Origin: Terriglobia bacterium
GTDB taxonomy: Bacteria > Acidobacteriota > Terriglobia > 2-12-FULL-54-10
Direction: 5' to 3'
DNA: 64,000 bases
Assembly (NCBI GenBank): GCA_963666975.2
Contig: CAXVYR010000004.1
Span: 1,600,001-1,664,000, forward strand
Positions 10,230 through 21,497 of this stretch are shown in pieces. Under the pieces are notes generated by a model. That model was not told where the DNA came from. It searched no databases and worked only from the letters and a program-made list of their open reading frames with translations. How positions within the stretch are numbered: the first letter of the stretch is position 1; every line of letters starts with the position of its first letter. A program made the translations under genes and the position numbers.

Positions 10230-10827
10230 GGCTTGACCCTAACCCGGTGTTTGCAAGCTGGTTGTAGATCTGACGGTTCATTGTTATCGAACTTGCCCTC
10301 TATGAGATTAAGCTTAATGCCAGCGTCACCATTCAGTTGTGAAGTCGTCCTGCGGGCTCTTTCCGTCAGCGAAACCAGAAGCTTTCCCCTTTGCACAAGA
10401 GAGCAATTTTTGAATTTCCGGTCTATAGATGGAGAAGACATATTCGGATCAAAAAGACCATTCATATCCTGCGACAAGATTGATGCCGGGGGAGTCGATA
10501 CCTGAACCATGGTACCGATAGCGCTTGTTTGCCATATTCTCCAGTGCAATTGTGAATCTGCCAAGGCGATTGAACTCCATTCCGCCGCGGAGATTAAAGG
10601 TTAAAAAACCTGGAGTCCCCCCGACAGGTATTCGCGGGTCTTCGACGTCGCCTGGCGCTAGCCTGTCTTGTCTGGAGGCAAACAGATTGTAGAATTCAAT
10701 CCAGAGATTCTCTTCAGGTGTCCACTTGAGCCCGAATACTCCCTTGATTGGAGGTATTCGCCGGAGGGGATGATGAGTAATTGTGTTTATCCCTCTGATC
10801 CAACTGATATTTCCACGGAGGAGCCAA

Positions 10828-12271
10828 GAGGGTGTCCCATACATAGTTGAAGGTTGAACGGCGGTTCGGCCCGAATCGAATAGAATCGGGCCAAGCCTAA
10901 ATCCTATAGAAGGAGAACCGCCGAATGAAGGGAAAATATCACGTTTTGGAACTGGGTTCCAAGGGAGCCGAAGAAACCATCCAGAAGTTTTGCCAAACCA
11001 ACGGACAGATGCTGTTGCCGGTGGTGGATCTGATCACGGAGGCGCGTCTGGCGGTGGATGAGGTGATTGATCGGGCCGGGCGAGGTTTGATTGAAACGAT
11101 TCTGAGCATGAGCGCAGAGCAAATCGCGGGGCCAAAGAGTCCCGGGAAGGCGAGCGGAGAGGTGCGCTGGCATGGCCGGCAATTGGGGAGGGTGAAACTG
11201 GCCGATCGCCAGCTGCGGGTGGAGCGGCCGAGGCTGCGCCGGAAGGGCGGAGGGGAAGAAGCGGTGCCGGCCTACGAAGCACTGCGGAAAAGCGAGAAGA
11301 CGGGCGAGGAGATGTTCGAGGCACTGTTGAAAGGGGTTTCGACGCGGAACTACCGCGAGGTGATCCCGGAGATGGCCAACAGCGCTGGGGTGTCGAAGTC
11401 TCAGGTGAGCCGGGAAGCGGCCGAGCAAGGAGCGCGGCGGCTGGAAGAACTGTTGGCGCGGCGCTGGGAGGAGGTCGAGATTCTGGTGATTTACCTGGAC
11501 GGAATGCGGTTCGGCTCCCACCACGTCATCAGCGCCGTGGGCGTGGACATCGAGGGCCGCAAGCATGTGCTGGGGATTCAACTGGGCGCGACCGAAAACG
11601 CCGCTGCGGTGAAAGACCTTCTCACCCGCCTGCGCCAGCAAGGTTTGCGCACGGATCAGCGCTATCTGTTTGTGATCGACGGCGCCAAAGCGCTCCGCGC
11701 GGGGATCGAGGAAGTATTCGGCAGCAATCAGCTGGTGCAGCGTTGCCGTACTCATAAGCTGCGCAACGTGGCTGAGCGGTTACCAAAGGGCGACAAAATG
11801 CTGGCGAATCAGGTGCGGTCGCTGATGCGCGCCGCCTGGCGATTGCCCCAAGCCGAGGAAGGCATCGTGCGCATAAAAAAGCTCGCTGGGATGATCGAGT
11901 GCGATCATCCGGCAGCAGCCGCCAGCTTGCGCGAAGGGTTGGAGGAGACCTTTACGATCAATCGAGCCGACGTTCCTCCCAGCCTCCACCGCTGCCTGGC
12001 AACCACGAACCTCATCGAGAGCCCGCAGTCGGGCGTGCGGAAAAAGACTGGCAATGTTTGCCGCTGGCGCGACGGCGAGATGACGTTGCGCTGGGTAAGC
12101 GTTTCTGCTGACCGGGAAGAATTTCCGGAAGATCATGGGTTATCACGATCTCTGGGCTTTGGCTTCGATTCTCGGCCGAAGTCCAAACGCTGCTTCCTCT
12201 CACAAGGAGAAAGTGGCGTAATATGAACTCAACCCGCCGTCCCAACCTGCAACTGAGTTTGGGACACCTTC
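10828..12271 (+). mobile_element. IS256-family insertion sequence, copy 1
   Basis: IRs GAGGGTGTCCCATACATAGTTG / GAAGGTGTCCCAAACTCAGTTG; 8-bp TSD GGAGCCAA (10820-10827, 12272-12279). Confidence 0.95.
10925..12226 (+). CDS. IS256 (Mutator-like) transposase, C-terminus frameshifted
   Basis: IYLDG, VIDGAKAL, QRCRTHKLRN and TTNLIES motifs; 5 bp shorter than copy 3 near 12097. Confidence 0.9.
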   Translation: MKGKYHVLELGSKGAEETIQKFCQTNGQMLLPVVDLITEARLAVDEVIDRAGRGLIETILSMSAEQIAGPKSPGKASGEVRWHGRQLGRVKLADRQLRVERPRLRRKGGGEEAVPAYEALRKSEKTGEEMFEALLKGVSTRNYREVIPEMANSAGVSKSQVSREAAEQGARRLEELLARRWEEVEILVIYLDGMRFGSHHVISAVGVDIEGRKHVLGIQLGATENAAAVKDLLTRLRQQGLRTDQRYLFVIDGAKALRAGIEEVFGSNQLVQRCRTHKLRNVAERLPKGDKMLANQVRSLMRAAWRLPQAEEGIVRIKKLAGMIECDHPAAAASLREGLEETFTINRADVPPSLHRCLATTNLIESPQSGVRKKTGNVCRWRDGEMTLRWVSVSADREEFPEDHGLSRSLGFGFDSRPKSKRCFLSQGESGVI

Positions 12272-12357
12272 GGAGCCAATCCTGGTGAAGCTGAACATTC
12301 GTGTCCATTTCGAACCCCTGGATACGCGCCTCCCCTATGTTCTGTCTCTGGAAGATG

Positions 12358-12462
12358 CTATTGAACATTTCATAATATAGTGACATTTCCACAGGCTACA
12401 AAAGCCCTATAGAAGGCCGCCCAGCGAATCTAAGTGTTACTATATTATGTAAACCTCAACAG
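12358..12462. mobile_element. 105-bp MITE-like insertion with terminal inverted repeats
   Basis: CTATTGAACATTTCATAATATAGTGACA at the left end; reverse complement CTGTTGAGGTTTACATAATATAGTAACA at the right end; AT-rich; interrupts TBDR2. Confidence 0.6.
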
Positions 12463-14245
12463 ATTCCCCCTCATCCTGGATTCCGTTGTTGTTTAAATCC
12501 AGGAACGATAGGTTTCCAAAGGTCCCGCGCGTGCGTTGAATCAGATCTTTGTACTTGCTGATGAAATAAGACACCGTCCCGGAGAACTTGTTGTGCTGCG
12601 CCTTCATTCCGATCTCATAATTCAGGCTTTTCTCCGAACTAAGATGAGCATTCGGAACTTCGAATCCAACGCCAAAACTTCCCAGGATCGTCGAGTCATC
12701 TATGTTCGGTGCCCGGAATCCTTGAGCTATCCCGAAGAAGAGGCCCAAATTTCCTTTTAGCTTATACATACCATACGCACTACTCGTTAAAGCCCTGGGA
12801 TGGGAATCTATTTGGAGGGAACGCACCTCAGAATCAGAGGCGACAGCATGCGTATGAAAACGGCTGTATCGAACACCGAGGTTGAAAGATAAGGATTCGG
12901 AAACCGAAATCTCGTCTTGCAAAAAGGCGGCAAAAGATCGGTAGATCGAACCGTCAACGAACGTTCCTGCCTTCGTGGTCCGCACACCGGATACGCGATC
13001 GACATCGACTCTTCGACTGATCACACGGTCGCTGTAATAGTCAGTGCCGTACGTCAGCAGTTGCCGTTCACCGAGCGGAGTACGCAATTGAATGGTGAAC
13101 CCTTTCGATTGGACCTCGTCGCGATGCTCTCTCTCGGTGTTCGGTTGCGCTCCCTGAATTCTGTTGAACCGTTCCAGTTGGTTTTGGTAGGACACGCCCA
13201 CACGAAGGGAGGAGATGAAGGGAACAGGATTCTGGAACTCGTATTGGAGATACGCCAGATCTCTCCTTTGCGGATTCCATTCATACTTCAGGTCGCGGCC
13301 TGATAACAACACGTCCGTTCTGGAGACATTGTTCTGTCGGACCCGTTGTACTGCGAGCACCACATTTTGTTGGCCGGAGAGGCTGTAGGACAGTTTGAGA
13401 TCCCCATCCTGTTCGCCGTAGGCTGTAAAGTCTTGCAGTCCGGTTCCGCCGCCTGCCCGAAGATCGCCAAAATGCTTAAGGCTCATGCCCCCAGTGAAGC
13501 CAAGCTTTCGGAAATTGCCGCTGACCTCCAGCCGCCCGACCCCTGACCTGTCCGCACTGGCAAACCGGCCAAAGGCCCGTGCGTTCATGGCAGAGTCGGT
13601 GGGGGAACCTGCTTTGGACTTTGTTATGATATTGATTAAACCTCCCAAAGCGTCGCTGCCGTACAGGACCGATCCCACGCCTCGAACCACCTCAATTCTT
13701 TCCACTTGATTCACGTCAATAGTATTCAGGTATTGGTTGGGCCCCAGGCGGAAGATCGCGTTCCCGGGAAGGCGAGCGGAGAGATTCAGCCTGATTCCAT
13801 CAACCAAAACCAAAATCTGATTGCCGATCAGTCCTCGAATGACGGGGGCGCCCCCTCCGTAATTTGTCTCCTGGACCAGAACGCCGACCACCTCGTTCAG
13901 CGCTTCCGGGACGGTGCGGTAGTTTCTCTGCCGGATTTGCTCGGCAGTGACGACCGATACCGACCGCGGCGAGTCGATATCTTTCTGTTCACGACGTGCC
14001 GCCGACACGACAGTAACGTCCATCAGCTCGTCTAAGCTCATCTCTGACAAGTCCTTGACCGCACTTGGACCTTGACCGAACAGAGCATGTTCACTGAAGG
14101 TAAGCACCAAGAGCGCTAGCACGCATAAGTGCATTCTGGGTTTCATAAAGAGCGCTTCTTACTTCCTATCCCCGATTTCCGTAGCCGGGGAGTCCAGCGT
14201 GGGGGAATCATAGACTCCAAAGACTGTTGTAGAAAAAGCAGGGGC

Positions 14246-14446
14246 CTACATGAGGATTTGCCCCCTCGCCGAGTTGTGAGAGACATGGCACAAGGTGCAG
14301 CTCCCGCCCGAACTGGGAATGTCGTGAACTGTGCTAATGACAGTGCTTTTGTCATTCACTTGCTGCCCAAAAGCAGATGTCATCAGGCCTGCAACAAACA
14401 GCGCCACTATTACCACCCCGAAATACTTAGCGGACTTCAACCTCAT
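14246..14446 (-). pseudogene. Truncated c-type cytochrome N-terminus
   Basis: Signal peptide then HD...CTLCHVSHN..., resembling multiheme cytochrome N-termini; stops after 66 aa. Confidence 0.55.
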
Positions 14447-14522
14447 GCGAGCCTCTCGGGGAGCCGAATTTTCTCTCGAAACCTAAAGACTTCGCCTTTT
14501 CAACAAGGAATCTTAAGGATCA

Positions 14523-14677
14523 CACTGTGCTGACCTCAACCATCATCAATTCTTCCAGGCTCAATTGGGTGAAATCCTGAGCAGCCCAGGCCTCCACTTG
14601 GAATTCTTTCAATACCAGCCCCGGCAATCCTAGCAGCGCCAGCCATAGGCAAATTGCCAGCCTTACGGCTTGGCCCT
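14523..14677 (-). repeat. Diverged duplicate of the 5' 155 bp of TBDR1 (10086-10240)
   Basis: Encodes RLAICLWL.L.GLPGLV..EFQVEAWAAQDFTQLSLEELMMVEVSTV then a stop; the start codon position is GTA. Confidence 0.88.
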
Positions 14678-15076
14678 TAACAACCACACGAGATGAAATC
14701 GTACCCATCAGAACTGTCCTCCTGTAAGCTATAAAATACATGGTCCCTTTGGCTTGCGAAGCTGAGTAGGGTGCAAGCTACAAATAGCCGAAAACTTTAT
14801 GCTATCCAGGAAAAACTTGTCGGCAGAAAACTGTATCCTGTTGAATTATTTATATCTAATAATCGCTGCCGCATTTGCCGGATGCGGTTGCCGGATGTAG
14901 TCGCCGGATGAAGCACCGTAGCAGTGCCCCCCTGACCTCTTTTTGAGCAGATGGAGGTTTTGTCTCAGAGAGAGAATGAAAGTCTCCTCACGGCTGAGCA
15001 GCCCAATGGGGTCGTGCGGGACTTCCGTATATCGTGTACAAACTGGGAATGTGGAGGCCTATTACTGCAGCAGGCG

Positions 15077-15451
15077 CTACAACTCCGCCTCAAGTACCTC
15101 TAAATGAAACGGTTTAGAGATATAGGAGGTAAAGCCAGCCTCTAGCATTTTCTTACGATCACCCAGCATCGCATAGGCAGTCACGGCAATCACGGGAAAG
15201 GTGGCGTATTGGGGATTCTCGCGGATTCGCTGGATGAGCCCCATGCCGTCCAGCTTCGGCATCTGGATGTCTATCAAAGCAAGGTCCGGCTTGCTCTGCT
15301 CAATTTTTTGGAGCGCTTCCTCGCCATCGCTGGCCACGATCGCTTCGTACCCCATGCTGAGGAGCATTTCCTCCAGCAGTTCACGATTGATTGGGTTGTC
15401 ATCGGCGATGAGGATTTTCTGCGATTTTGAATTGCCATCGATCGTCTTCAT
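15077..15451 (-). CDS. Single-domain response regulator (CheY/DivK-like)
   Basis: ILIADD, LIDIQMPKLDG, VTAYAM.GDR and YISKP. Confidence 0.92.
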   Translation of the reverse strand: MKTIDGNSKSQKILIADDNPINRELLEEMLLSMGYEAIVASDGEEALQKIEQSKPDLALIDIQMPKLDGMGLIQRIRENPQYATFPVIAVTAYAMLGDRKKMLEAGFTSYISKPFHLEVLEAEL

Positions 15452-15927
15452 TCCAAGTATCGCTTAACCGGGATTTTTCCTGTCATGTTTTTCCAGATGT
15501 AAGAACATACACTTGCCAACCCGCCGATTCAAGCACAAATCGCCGCGGCCTGTTTTTGGATGCATCGCGGTTCTATTTGTTCCTTTTGGTTGTCCCTTCT
15601 GGTTGCCTTTTCTGGCTGGGCTGTGGGATTCTGCATGCAGTCGAATATCTGCCGGATCATAGAAATGACACGTTCTGTTTGGAACCTTGATCCAAGGTCA
15701 CAATTCCGCGCCGTGTCAAACTAAGGTATTATCATCGGCAGATTTCATTTTCCTCTTGAGGTGCTATATTGCATAGTAGAATAGGGCTAGTCACCAAATG
15801 GCGGAGGTATGGGCACCGAGTTTTACGCTAATCATTAAATTGTCCCCTGGCAACGGCTCTTGCGTCCAATCCAGACAATCGCAGCTTCGCGAAAGTGCGC
15901 AATCGGTTTTCCGGGAGGGTCTCTGCA

Positions 15928-18441
15928 ATGTCGGTAGCGTTAAGAACAGCGTTAACAACCTTGCTGGGTTGGATGGCAATCGCACTGGCCGGGGCTGGCT
16001 ACCTTCATGCAGCCAGCCAGGAGGCATCGAACGCCGTTCCGCAGGCCGCTTCTCATTACAGCGCCGTACTGAACCGCTACTGCATCACCTGCCACAACGA
16101 GAAGCTGAAGACCGCAGACCTGGTTCTGAGCAAGCTGGACATCGCCAACCCTGGCGCGGACGCCCCGGTATGGGAAAAGGTGGCGCGCAAACTGCGGACC
16201 GGGCAGATGCCTCCTGCGGGGATGCCGCGGCCGGAGCAGGCCTTTTACGATGACTTTGCCGCCTATCTGGAAACCGCGCTGGACCGCCTTTTACGATGAC
16301 TTTGCCGCCTATCTGGAAACCGCGCCGCCGCAGCCAAGCCCAATCCCGGCAGGCCCGCCGTCCATCGCCTGAACCGCGCCGAGTACACCAATGCCGTCCG
16401 CGACTTGCTCGCGACCAATATCGACGGCGCGTCGCTTCTTCCAGCCGACGACGCCAGCCGGGGCTTTGACAACATTGCAGATATCCTCTCGGTCTCGCCG
16501 CTGCTGGTGGAGCGTTACATGTCGGCGGCGCGCAAAATCAGCCGCCTCGCCGTCGGCGACCCCAATGTCCGCCCATTCACTGCGGAATACAATGTTTCCA
16601 GGCGCCTTGTGCAAGACGACCGCATGAGCGAAGACCTCCCGTTCGGGTCGTTCGGGGGAACTGCGATTCGCCATCACTTTCCGCTCGACGGCGAGTACCT
16701 CATCAAGGTCCGCTTGCAAAGGAACAACGACAATTACATCCGCGGCCTGGGCGAGCCGCACCAACTTGATGTCCGGCTGGATGGCGCCAGACTCCAGTTG
16801 TTCACGATTGGCGGCGAGCACAAGGGCAGGTCGGGGCCGGTTTATGCCTTCATCAATAAAGATTACTTGGGAGACCCCGCGCAAGAGAAATATGAGTTTT
16901 CGGCGGATGCGGGATTGGAAGTGCGTTTCCAGGCCAAGGCGGGCACGCGGCTGGTGGGAGTCGCTTTCCTGAACCAGCCCTCTGAGCCGGAGGGCAAGCT
17001 GATGCCGCGCCAGTTTTATGATGACCTCCTTTCGTTTAAGGGAGGCGACCCTGCCGTTGACAACGTTTCGATCAGCGGCCCCTTTAACCCCAAAGGGCTG
17101 GGCGACACACCCAGCCGCCGCAAAATCTTCGTGTGCAACCCCGCCGGCACCGTCATCGCTGACGAGGAGCCCTGCGCCAAAAGGGTTCTCTCCACGCTGG
17201 CGCGCCGCGCTTATCGCCGGCCTGTCACCGAGGCAGACGTCCTCACGCTGCTCCAATTCTACAAGGTGGGCCGCAGCCAAGGCGGCTTTGAAGCGGGCAT
17301 CGGGACGGCGATTCAAGGAATACTGGTCAGCCCGGAGTTTCTGTTCCGCATGGAACGCGATCCGGAGCGCGATACTGGGAGCAATGCCGGAAACGTTGCG
17401 CCCGGAACCGCATATCCGGTCAGCGACCTGGATATAGCCTCCCGCTTGTCGTTTTTTCTCTGGAGCAGCATACCCGATGACCAGCTTCTGGATTTGGCCG
17501 AGCGCGGCAAGCTCAGCGATCCCGCGGTGCTGGAACAGCAGGTGATTCGGATGCTCGCCGACTCCCGCTCGAAGGCGCTGGTCGGGAACTTCACCGAACA
17601 GTGGCTGGGCCTGCGCAAACTGGGCACGGTCTCTCCGGACCCGAAGGTGTTTCCCGATTTTGACGACAACTTGCGCGAGGCGCTGCAGCAGGAAACAAAG
17701 CTTTTCGCTGAAAGCATTGCGCGGGAGGATCGCAGCGTACTGGATTTCTTGCGCGCCGACTACACCTTCCTCAACGAACGGCTGGCGCGGCACTATGGGA
17801 TTCAGAAAGTTTACGGCTCAGGCTTTCGGCGTGTGACGCTGGCTGACGACGCAAGGAAAGGCTTGCTGGGCCAGGGCAGCATTCTGACGGCGACCTCCTA
17901 CGCCAACCGAACCTCCCCGACCCTGCGCGGCAAGTGGGTGCTCGAAAATATTCTGGGCACGCCACCGCCGCCTCCGCCGCCGAACGTTCCGTCCCTGAAG
18001 GAAGAAAACGGCGGCAACAACCGTGTTCTGACAATGCGCGAACGATTGGAGCAGCACCGCGTGAATCCCTCCTGCGCGGTCTGCCACACGCGGATGGACC
18101 CGCTGGGCTTCGCGCTGGATAACTTTGACGCCATCGGCCGGTGGCGAACCACCGAGGGCGCGACACCTGTTGATTCTTCGGGAACGCTCCCCGACGGCGC
18201 CAAGTTTCAGGGTCCGTCTGGGCTTCGGCAGATACTGCTGAGCCGGCGCGAGCAGTTTGTCCGGACCGTTACGGAGAAACTTCTCATGTATGCCCTGGGC
18301 CGCGGGCTAGAATATACCGATGAGCCGGCCGTCCGCGGGATCATGCGGGCCGCCGCTCCGAGCGACTACCGCTGGTCGTCGCTTGTTTTGGGAATTGCCA
18401 AAAGCACGCCATTCCAGATGAGGAGGTCGAGCGAGCCATGA
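15928..18441 (+). pseudogene. DUF1592/DUF1588-type (planctomycete cytochrome PSD/PSCyt) protein with a premature stop from a duplication
   Basis: YCITCHN, MPP, HRLNRAEYTNAVRDLL, SRLSFFLWSSIPD, TSPTLRGKWV and CAVCH. The N- and C-parts share one frame; a 36-bp insert (16288-16323) introduces TGA at 16297. Confidence 0.85.
16240..16325 (+). repeat. Perfect 40-bp direct repeat
   Basis: GCCTTTTACGATGACTTTGCCGCCTATCTGGAAACCGCGC at 16240-16279 and 16286-16325. Confidence 0.95.
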
Positions 18442-19790
18442 TGGTTTTCAAGAAGGTGATCCCGCGCCGCACGTTTTTGCGAGGGGCCGGCGCCACGCTG
18501 GCGCTGCCTTTGCTGGACGGAATGGTTCCGGCATTCGCCGGAGCGCTGGACGCAACGGCAAAACCGGCGGTCCGCCTGTCCATTGTCTTTGTTCCAAACG
18601 GCAGAATCATGGACCATTGGTCGCCGAAGGAGGAGGGCGCCGCTTTCAAGCTGCCTTCCATCCTGGAGCCGCTGGCTGCGTTTCAGGACCGCCTGCTGGT
18701 GCTGAGCGAACTTTCCAGCATGCCGAACGAGCAACTGCTGCGGTCGATTGGATTGGACGCGGGACCGCATTCGACAGCCAGCGGCATCTTCCTGACGGGC
18801 GTTTATCCGAAGCCGAACGGGCAGGCGGGGATTTCCGTGGACCAGATCGCAGCGAAGGAACTCGGCAAATACACCCAGATGGCTTCGCTCGAACTTTCCC
18901 TGGAGTCCGGCGAGACCGGCGGCGGAGGCGACGGCGCCGACAGCGACGCCTACCTCAATACGATGTCGTGGCGCAGCGCCACGACGCCGCTCCCGGTGGA
19001 AAACAATCCGCGCAGTGTGTTCGAGCGCCTGTTCGGGGATAGCGACAGCACCGACCCGGCAGAGCGTCTCCGCCGCATGCAGCAAGACCGCAGCATTCTC
19101 GACATCGTAACGGGGCAGGTGTCCCGTCTCGCGACGGGACTCGGCCCCAGCGACCGCGCCAAACTCACCGAGTATCTCGACGCCATTCGCGATGTCGAGC
19201 GGCGCATCCACAGGGCCGAAAAAACAAATCCCCGGGAACTGCCCGTGATGGAGCGGCCCGCGGGCATACCGGCCGATTATGAAGAGCACGCCAGGTTGAT
19301 GTTCGATTTGCAGGTGCTGGCCTATCAGAGCGACATGACCCGCGTCATCACCTTCGCGATGGCGCGCGAAAAGAGCGAGCGGGCCTACCGCGAGATCGGC
19401 CTGGAGGAAGGCCACCATGCGCTGACCCACCATGGCTACAATGCCGCCATGATGGCCAAGTGCGTCCAGCTTGAGACCTACCAATCCCGGCAGTTCGCCT
19501 ACTTCCTGGAGAAGATGCAGTCCACGCCAGACGGCGACGGCTCCCTGCTGGACCACTCGGTCATCCTCTTCGCCAGCAGCATCAGCGACGGGCACGCGCA
19601 TTTCCGCGGCAACCTCCCCGTGGTCATGGCGGGCGGAGGAGCAGGCCAAATCAAGGGAGGCCGTCACATCCGGTATGCTAAAGAGACCCCCTTGGCGAAT
19701 CTGTTCTTGACCGTTTTGGACATGACCGGCGTTCGTGTGGAGAACTTCGGCGACAGCACCGGGAAACTGGAGATGCTTTCGGTTGTGTAG
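18438..19790 (+). CDS. DUF1552 (HXXSHH) family Tat protein
   Basis: RRTFLRGAGATLALPLLDGM, VPNG, SVDQIAA and GHHALTHH; overlaps the upstream stop. Confidence 0.92.
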   Translation: MMVFKKVIPRRTFLRGAGATLALPLLDGMVPAFAGALDATAKPAVRLSIVFVPNGRIMDHWSPKEEGAAFKLPSILEPLAAFQDRLLVLSELSSMPNEQLLRSIGLDAGPHSTASGIFLTGVYPKPNGQAGISVDQIAAKELGKYTQMASLELSLESGETGGGGDGADSDAYLNTMSWRSATTPLPVENNPRSVFERLFGDSDSTDPAERLRRMQQDRSILDIVTGQVSRLATGLGPSDRAKLTEYLDAIRDVERRIHRAEKTNPRELPVMERPAGIPADYEEHARLMFDLQVLAYQSDMTRVITFAMAREKSERAYREIGLEEGHHALTHHGYNAAMMAKCVQLETYQSRQFAYFLEKMQSTPDGDGSLLDHSVILFASSISDGHAHFRGNLPVVMAGGGAGQIKGGRHIRYAKETPLANLFLTVLDMTGVRVENFGDSTGKLEMLSVV

Positions 19791-19820
19791 ACGCTGCTGA
19801 GAACATGTGCTCGCCGGAAG

Positions 19821-21497
19821 TTGAATGGAGGAAGAACAACGGTGGACATCAGAGGCAAAGTGAAAAGCCTGGGTATTTGCCTGGGTATTTGGTGGATGCC
19901 ATCTCTTTTTTTTGTAGCCACACTGGCCGCCGCCGAAGGCGATCTCCGTCTGGTGAACGCGGCCAAGAACAGAGATCGCGAAGCCGTGCAATCTCTCCTG
20001 CAACAGCAGGTCGATGTGAACACGCCCCAGCCGGACGGCGCGACCGCGCTGGCCTGGGCGGCGCATTGGAATGATCTGGAAACGGCCGATCTTCTGATTC
20101 GCGCCGGAGCCGGCGTGAACGCCGCGAACGATTACGGCGTAACGCCTCTCGCGCTGGCGTGCAGCAAGGGCAGCGCCGCGATGGTGGAAAAGCTGCTCCA
20201 GGCCGGGGCGGATCCGAACGCTGCCCAATGGACGGGAGTGACGCCGCTGATGACCTGCGCCCGCACGGGCAGCGCAGACGCGGTGAAGTCTCTGCTGGCA
20301 AGGCAAGCGGGCGTCAACGCGAAAGAAACGAGGCGGGGGCAGACGGCTTTGATGTGGGCGGCGGCTCAAAAAAACTTGGAAGTCGCCCGGCTGCTGACCG
20401 AGTATGGAGCCGACGTCAATGCCAAATCGCATATGCCGGGCGGGTTCACACCCTTGCAGTTTCTTACCTACGGGGTGAGCCGGCGCGATCCCAGCGGTCC
20501 CGACAAGCTCGAACCGGGCGATGTCCATCCAGACCCTTCGAGTTCCATGGGCGGTTTTACTGCGTTGATGTTTGCCGCCCGTCAGGGCGACCTGGACTCT
20601 GCCCGCCTGCTGGTGGATGCGGGAGCGAACGTGAACGCCTCCTCTCCTGATTACGGCAGCGCATTGGTGGTGGCGGCCTCCAGCGGCCACGAGCCGGTGG
20701 CGCTGTTCCTGCTGGAGAATGGCGCGGATCCCAACGTGGCGGACATTTGGGGATTTGCCCCGTTACACTACGCGCTGGCGGACGGGATCACAGCCATCGG
20801 CATGTCCAGAAAAAGAATTCCCACCGACCGCTATTGGTTGCGGTCCAACATGCCGGAACTGGTGAAGTCGCTCCTGGAACAGGGAGTGAACCCGAACGCC
20901 CGAGTCGCGAAGGGCTTCCCGCCTTTCAACTACGCGCCGTTTGCCCGCACGATCGGCAATGCCATGCCTCAAATCAGGCAGCCTGGCGCGACACCATTCC
21001 TGCTGGCAGCCGCTTCCTTTGACGCCCGCCTCATGCGCCTCCTGCACTCCCACGGAGCCGATCCGTTGCTCACCACCGATGAGGGTACGACGCCCCTGAT
21101 GGTGGCCGCCGGGATGGGCCGGCTTGATGAACTCACCGAGGAAGAAAAGAAGATGGCTATGGAAGCCGTCAAGCTGGCGGTGGAGCTGGGCGGCGATGTC
21201 GATGTGGCGAACGTGAATGCAGCTTACGTCAATGCCTCAAACCAGGACGGCCGGACCGCGCTGGCGGCGGCGGCCTACCTGGGAGCGAATTCCATTATCC
21301 AGTTCCTGGCGGACCAGGGAGCCGATCTGGAGGCGACCGACAGGTACGAACAGACGGCGCTCAGCATCGCGCAAGCTATTCCCCCGAAAATAAAGGGGAA
21401 CGATAAACGCTTCCACGGAGGCAGCCCCCGTAAAGATACAGCGGCCCTTCTTCTTAAACTGGGCGCCACCCCACAGCCCGCACGGAAGATGGAATGA
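19821..21497 (+). CDS. Exported ankyrin repeat protein
   Basis: Signal-like N-terminus; many G.T[AP]L..AA...GADVNA repeats. Confidence 0.9.
   Translation: MNGGRTTVDIRGKVKSLGICLGIWWMPSLFFVATLAAAEGDLRLVNAAKNRDREAVQSLLQQQVDVNTPQPDGATALAWAAHWNDLETADLLIRAGAGVNAANDYGVTPLALACSKGSAAMVEKLLQAGADPNAAQWTGVTPLMTCARTGSADAVKSLLARQAGVNAKETRRGQTALMWAAAQKNLEVARLLTEYGADVNAKSHMPGGFTPLQFLTYGVSRRDPSGPDKLEPGDVHPDPSSSMGGFTALMFAARQGDLDSARLLVDAGANVNASSPDYGSALVVAASSGHEPVALFLLENGADPNVADIWGFAPLHYALADGITAIGMSRKRIPTDRYWLRSNMPELVKSLLEQGVNPNARVAKGFPPFNYAPFARTIGNAMPQIRQPGATPFLLAAASFDARLMRLLHSHGADPLLTTDEGTTPLMVAAGMGRLDELTEEEKKMAMEAVKLAVELGGDVDVANVNAAYVNASNQDGRTALAAAAYLGANSIIQFLADQGADLEATDRYEQTALSIAQAIPPKIKGNDKRFHGGSPRKDTAALLLKLGATPQPARKME

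Larger units (their letters stand above)
10449..14146 (-). pseudogene. TonB-dependent receptor 2, interrupted by a MITE-like insert and an IS256
   Basis: N-part 12440-14146 (ERIEVVRGVGSVLYGSDALGG), middle piece FQRQNIGEARIQG...HQDWL at about 12272-12355, C-part LRGNISWIRG...YEWSF at 10449-10827. Confidence 0.88.

Noticed and set aside
12428-12455. XerCD dif/pdif site (TTATGTAAACC resembles a XerD arm)
   Set aside because: No XerC-like arm at the right spacing; better explained as a terminal inverted repeat.
16297-16299. In-frame TGA in the DUF1592 gene as a second selenocysteine
   Set aside because: It lies inside an out-of-register duplicated segment and has no redox motif context.
18366-20690. 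Long antisense ORFs (774 aa here; also 16309-17793, 46446-47738, 54281-55327, 57052-58107)
   Set aside because: Shadows of well-supported genes in GC-rich DNA, with no recognisable motifs.
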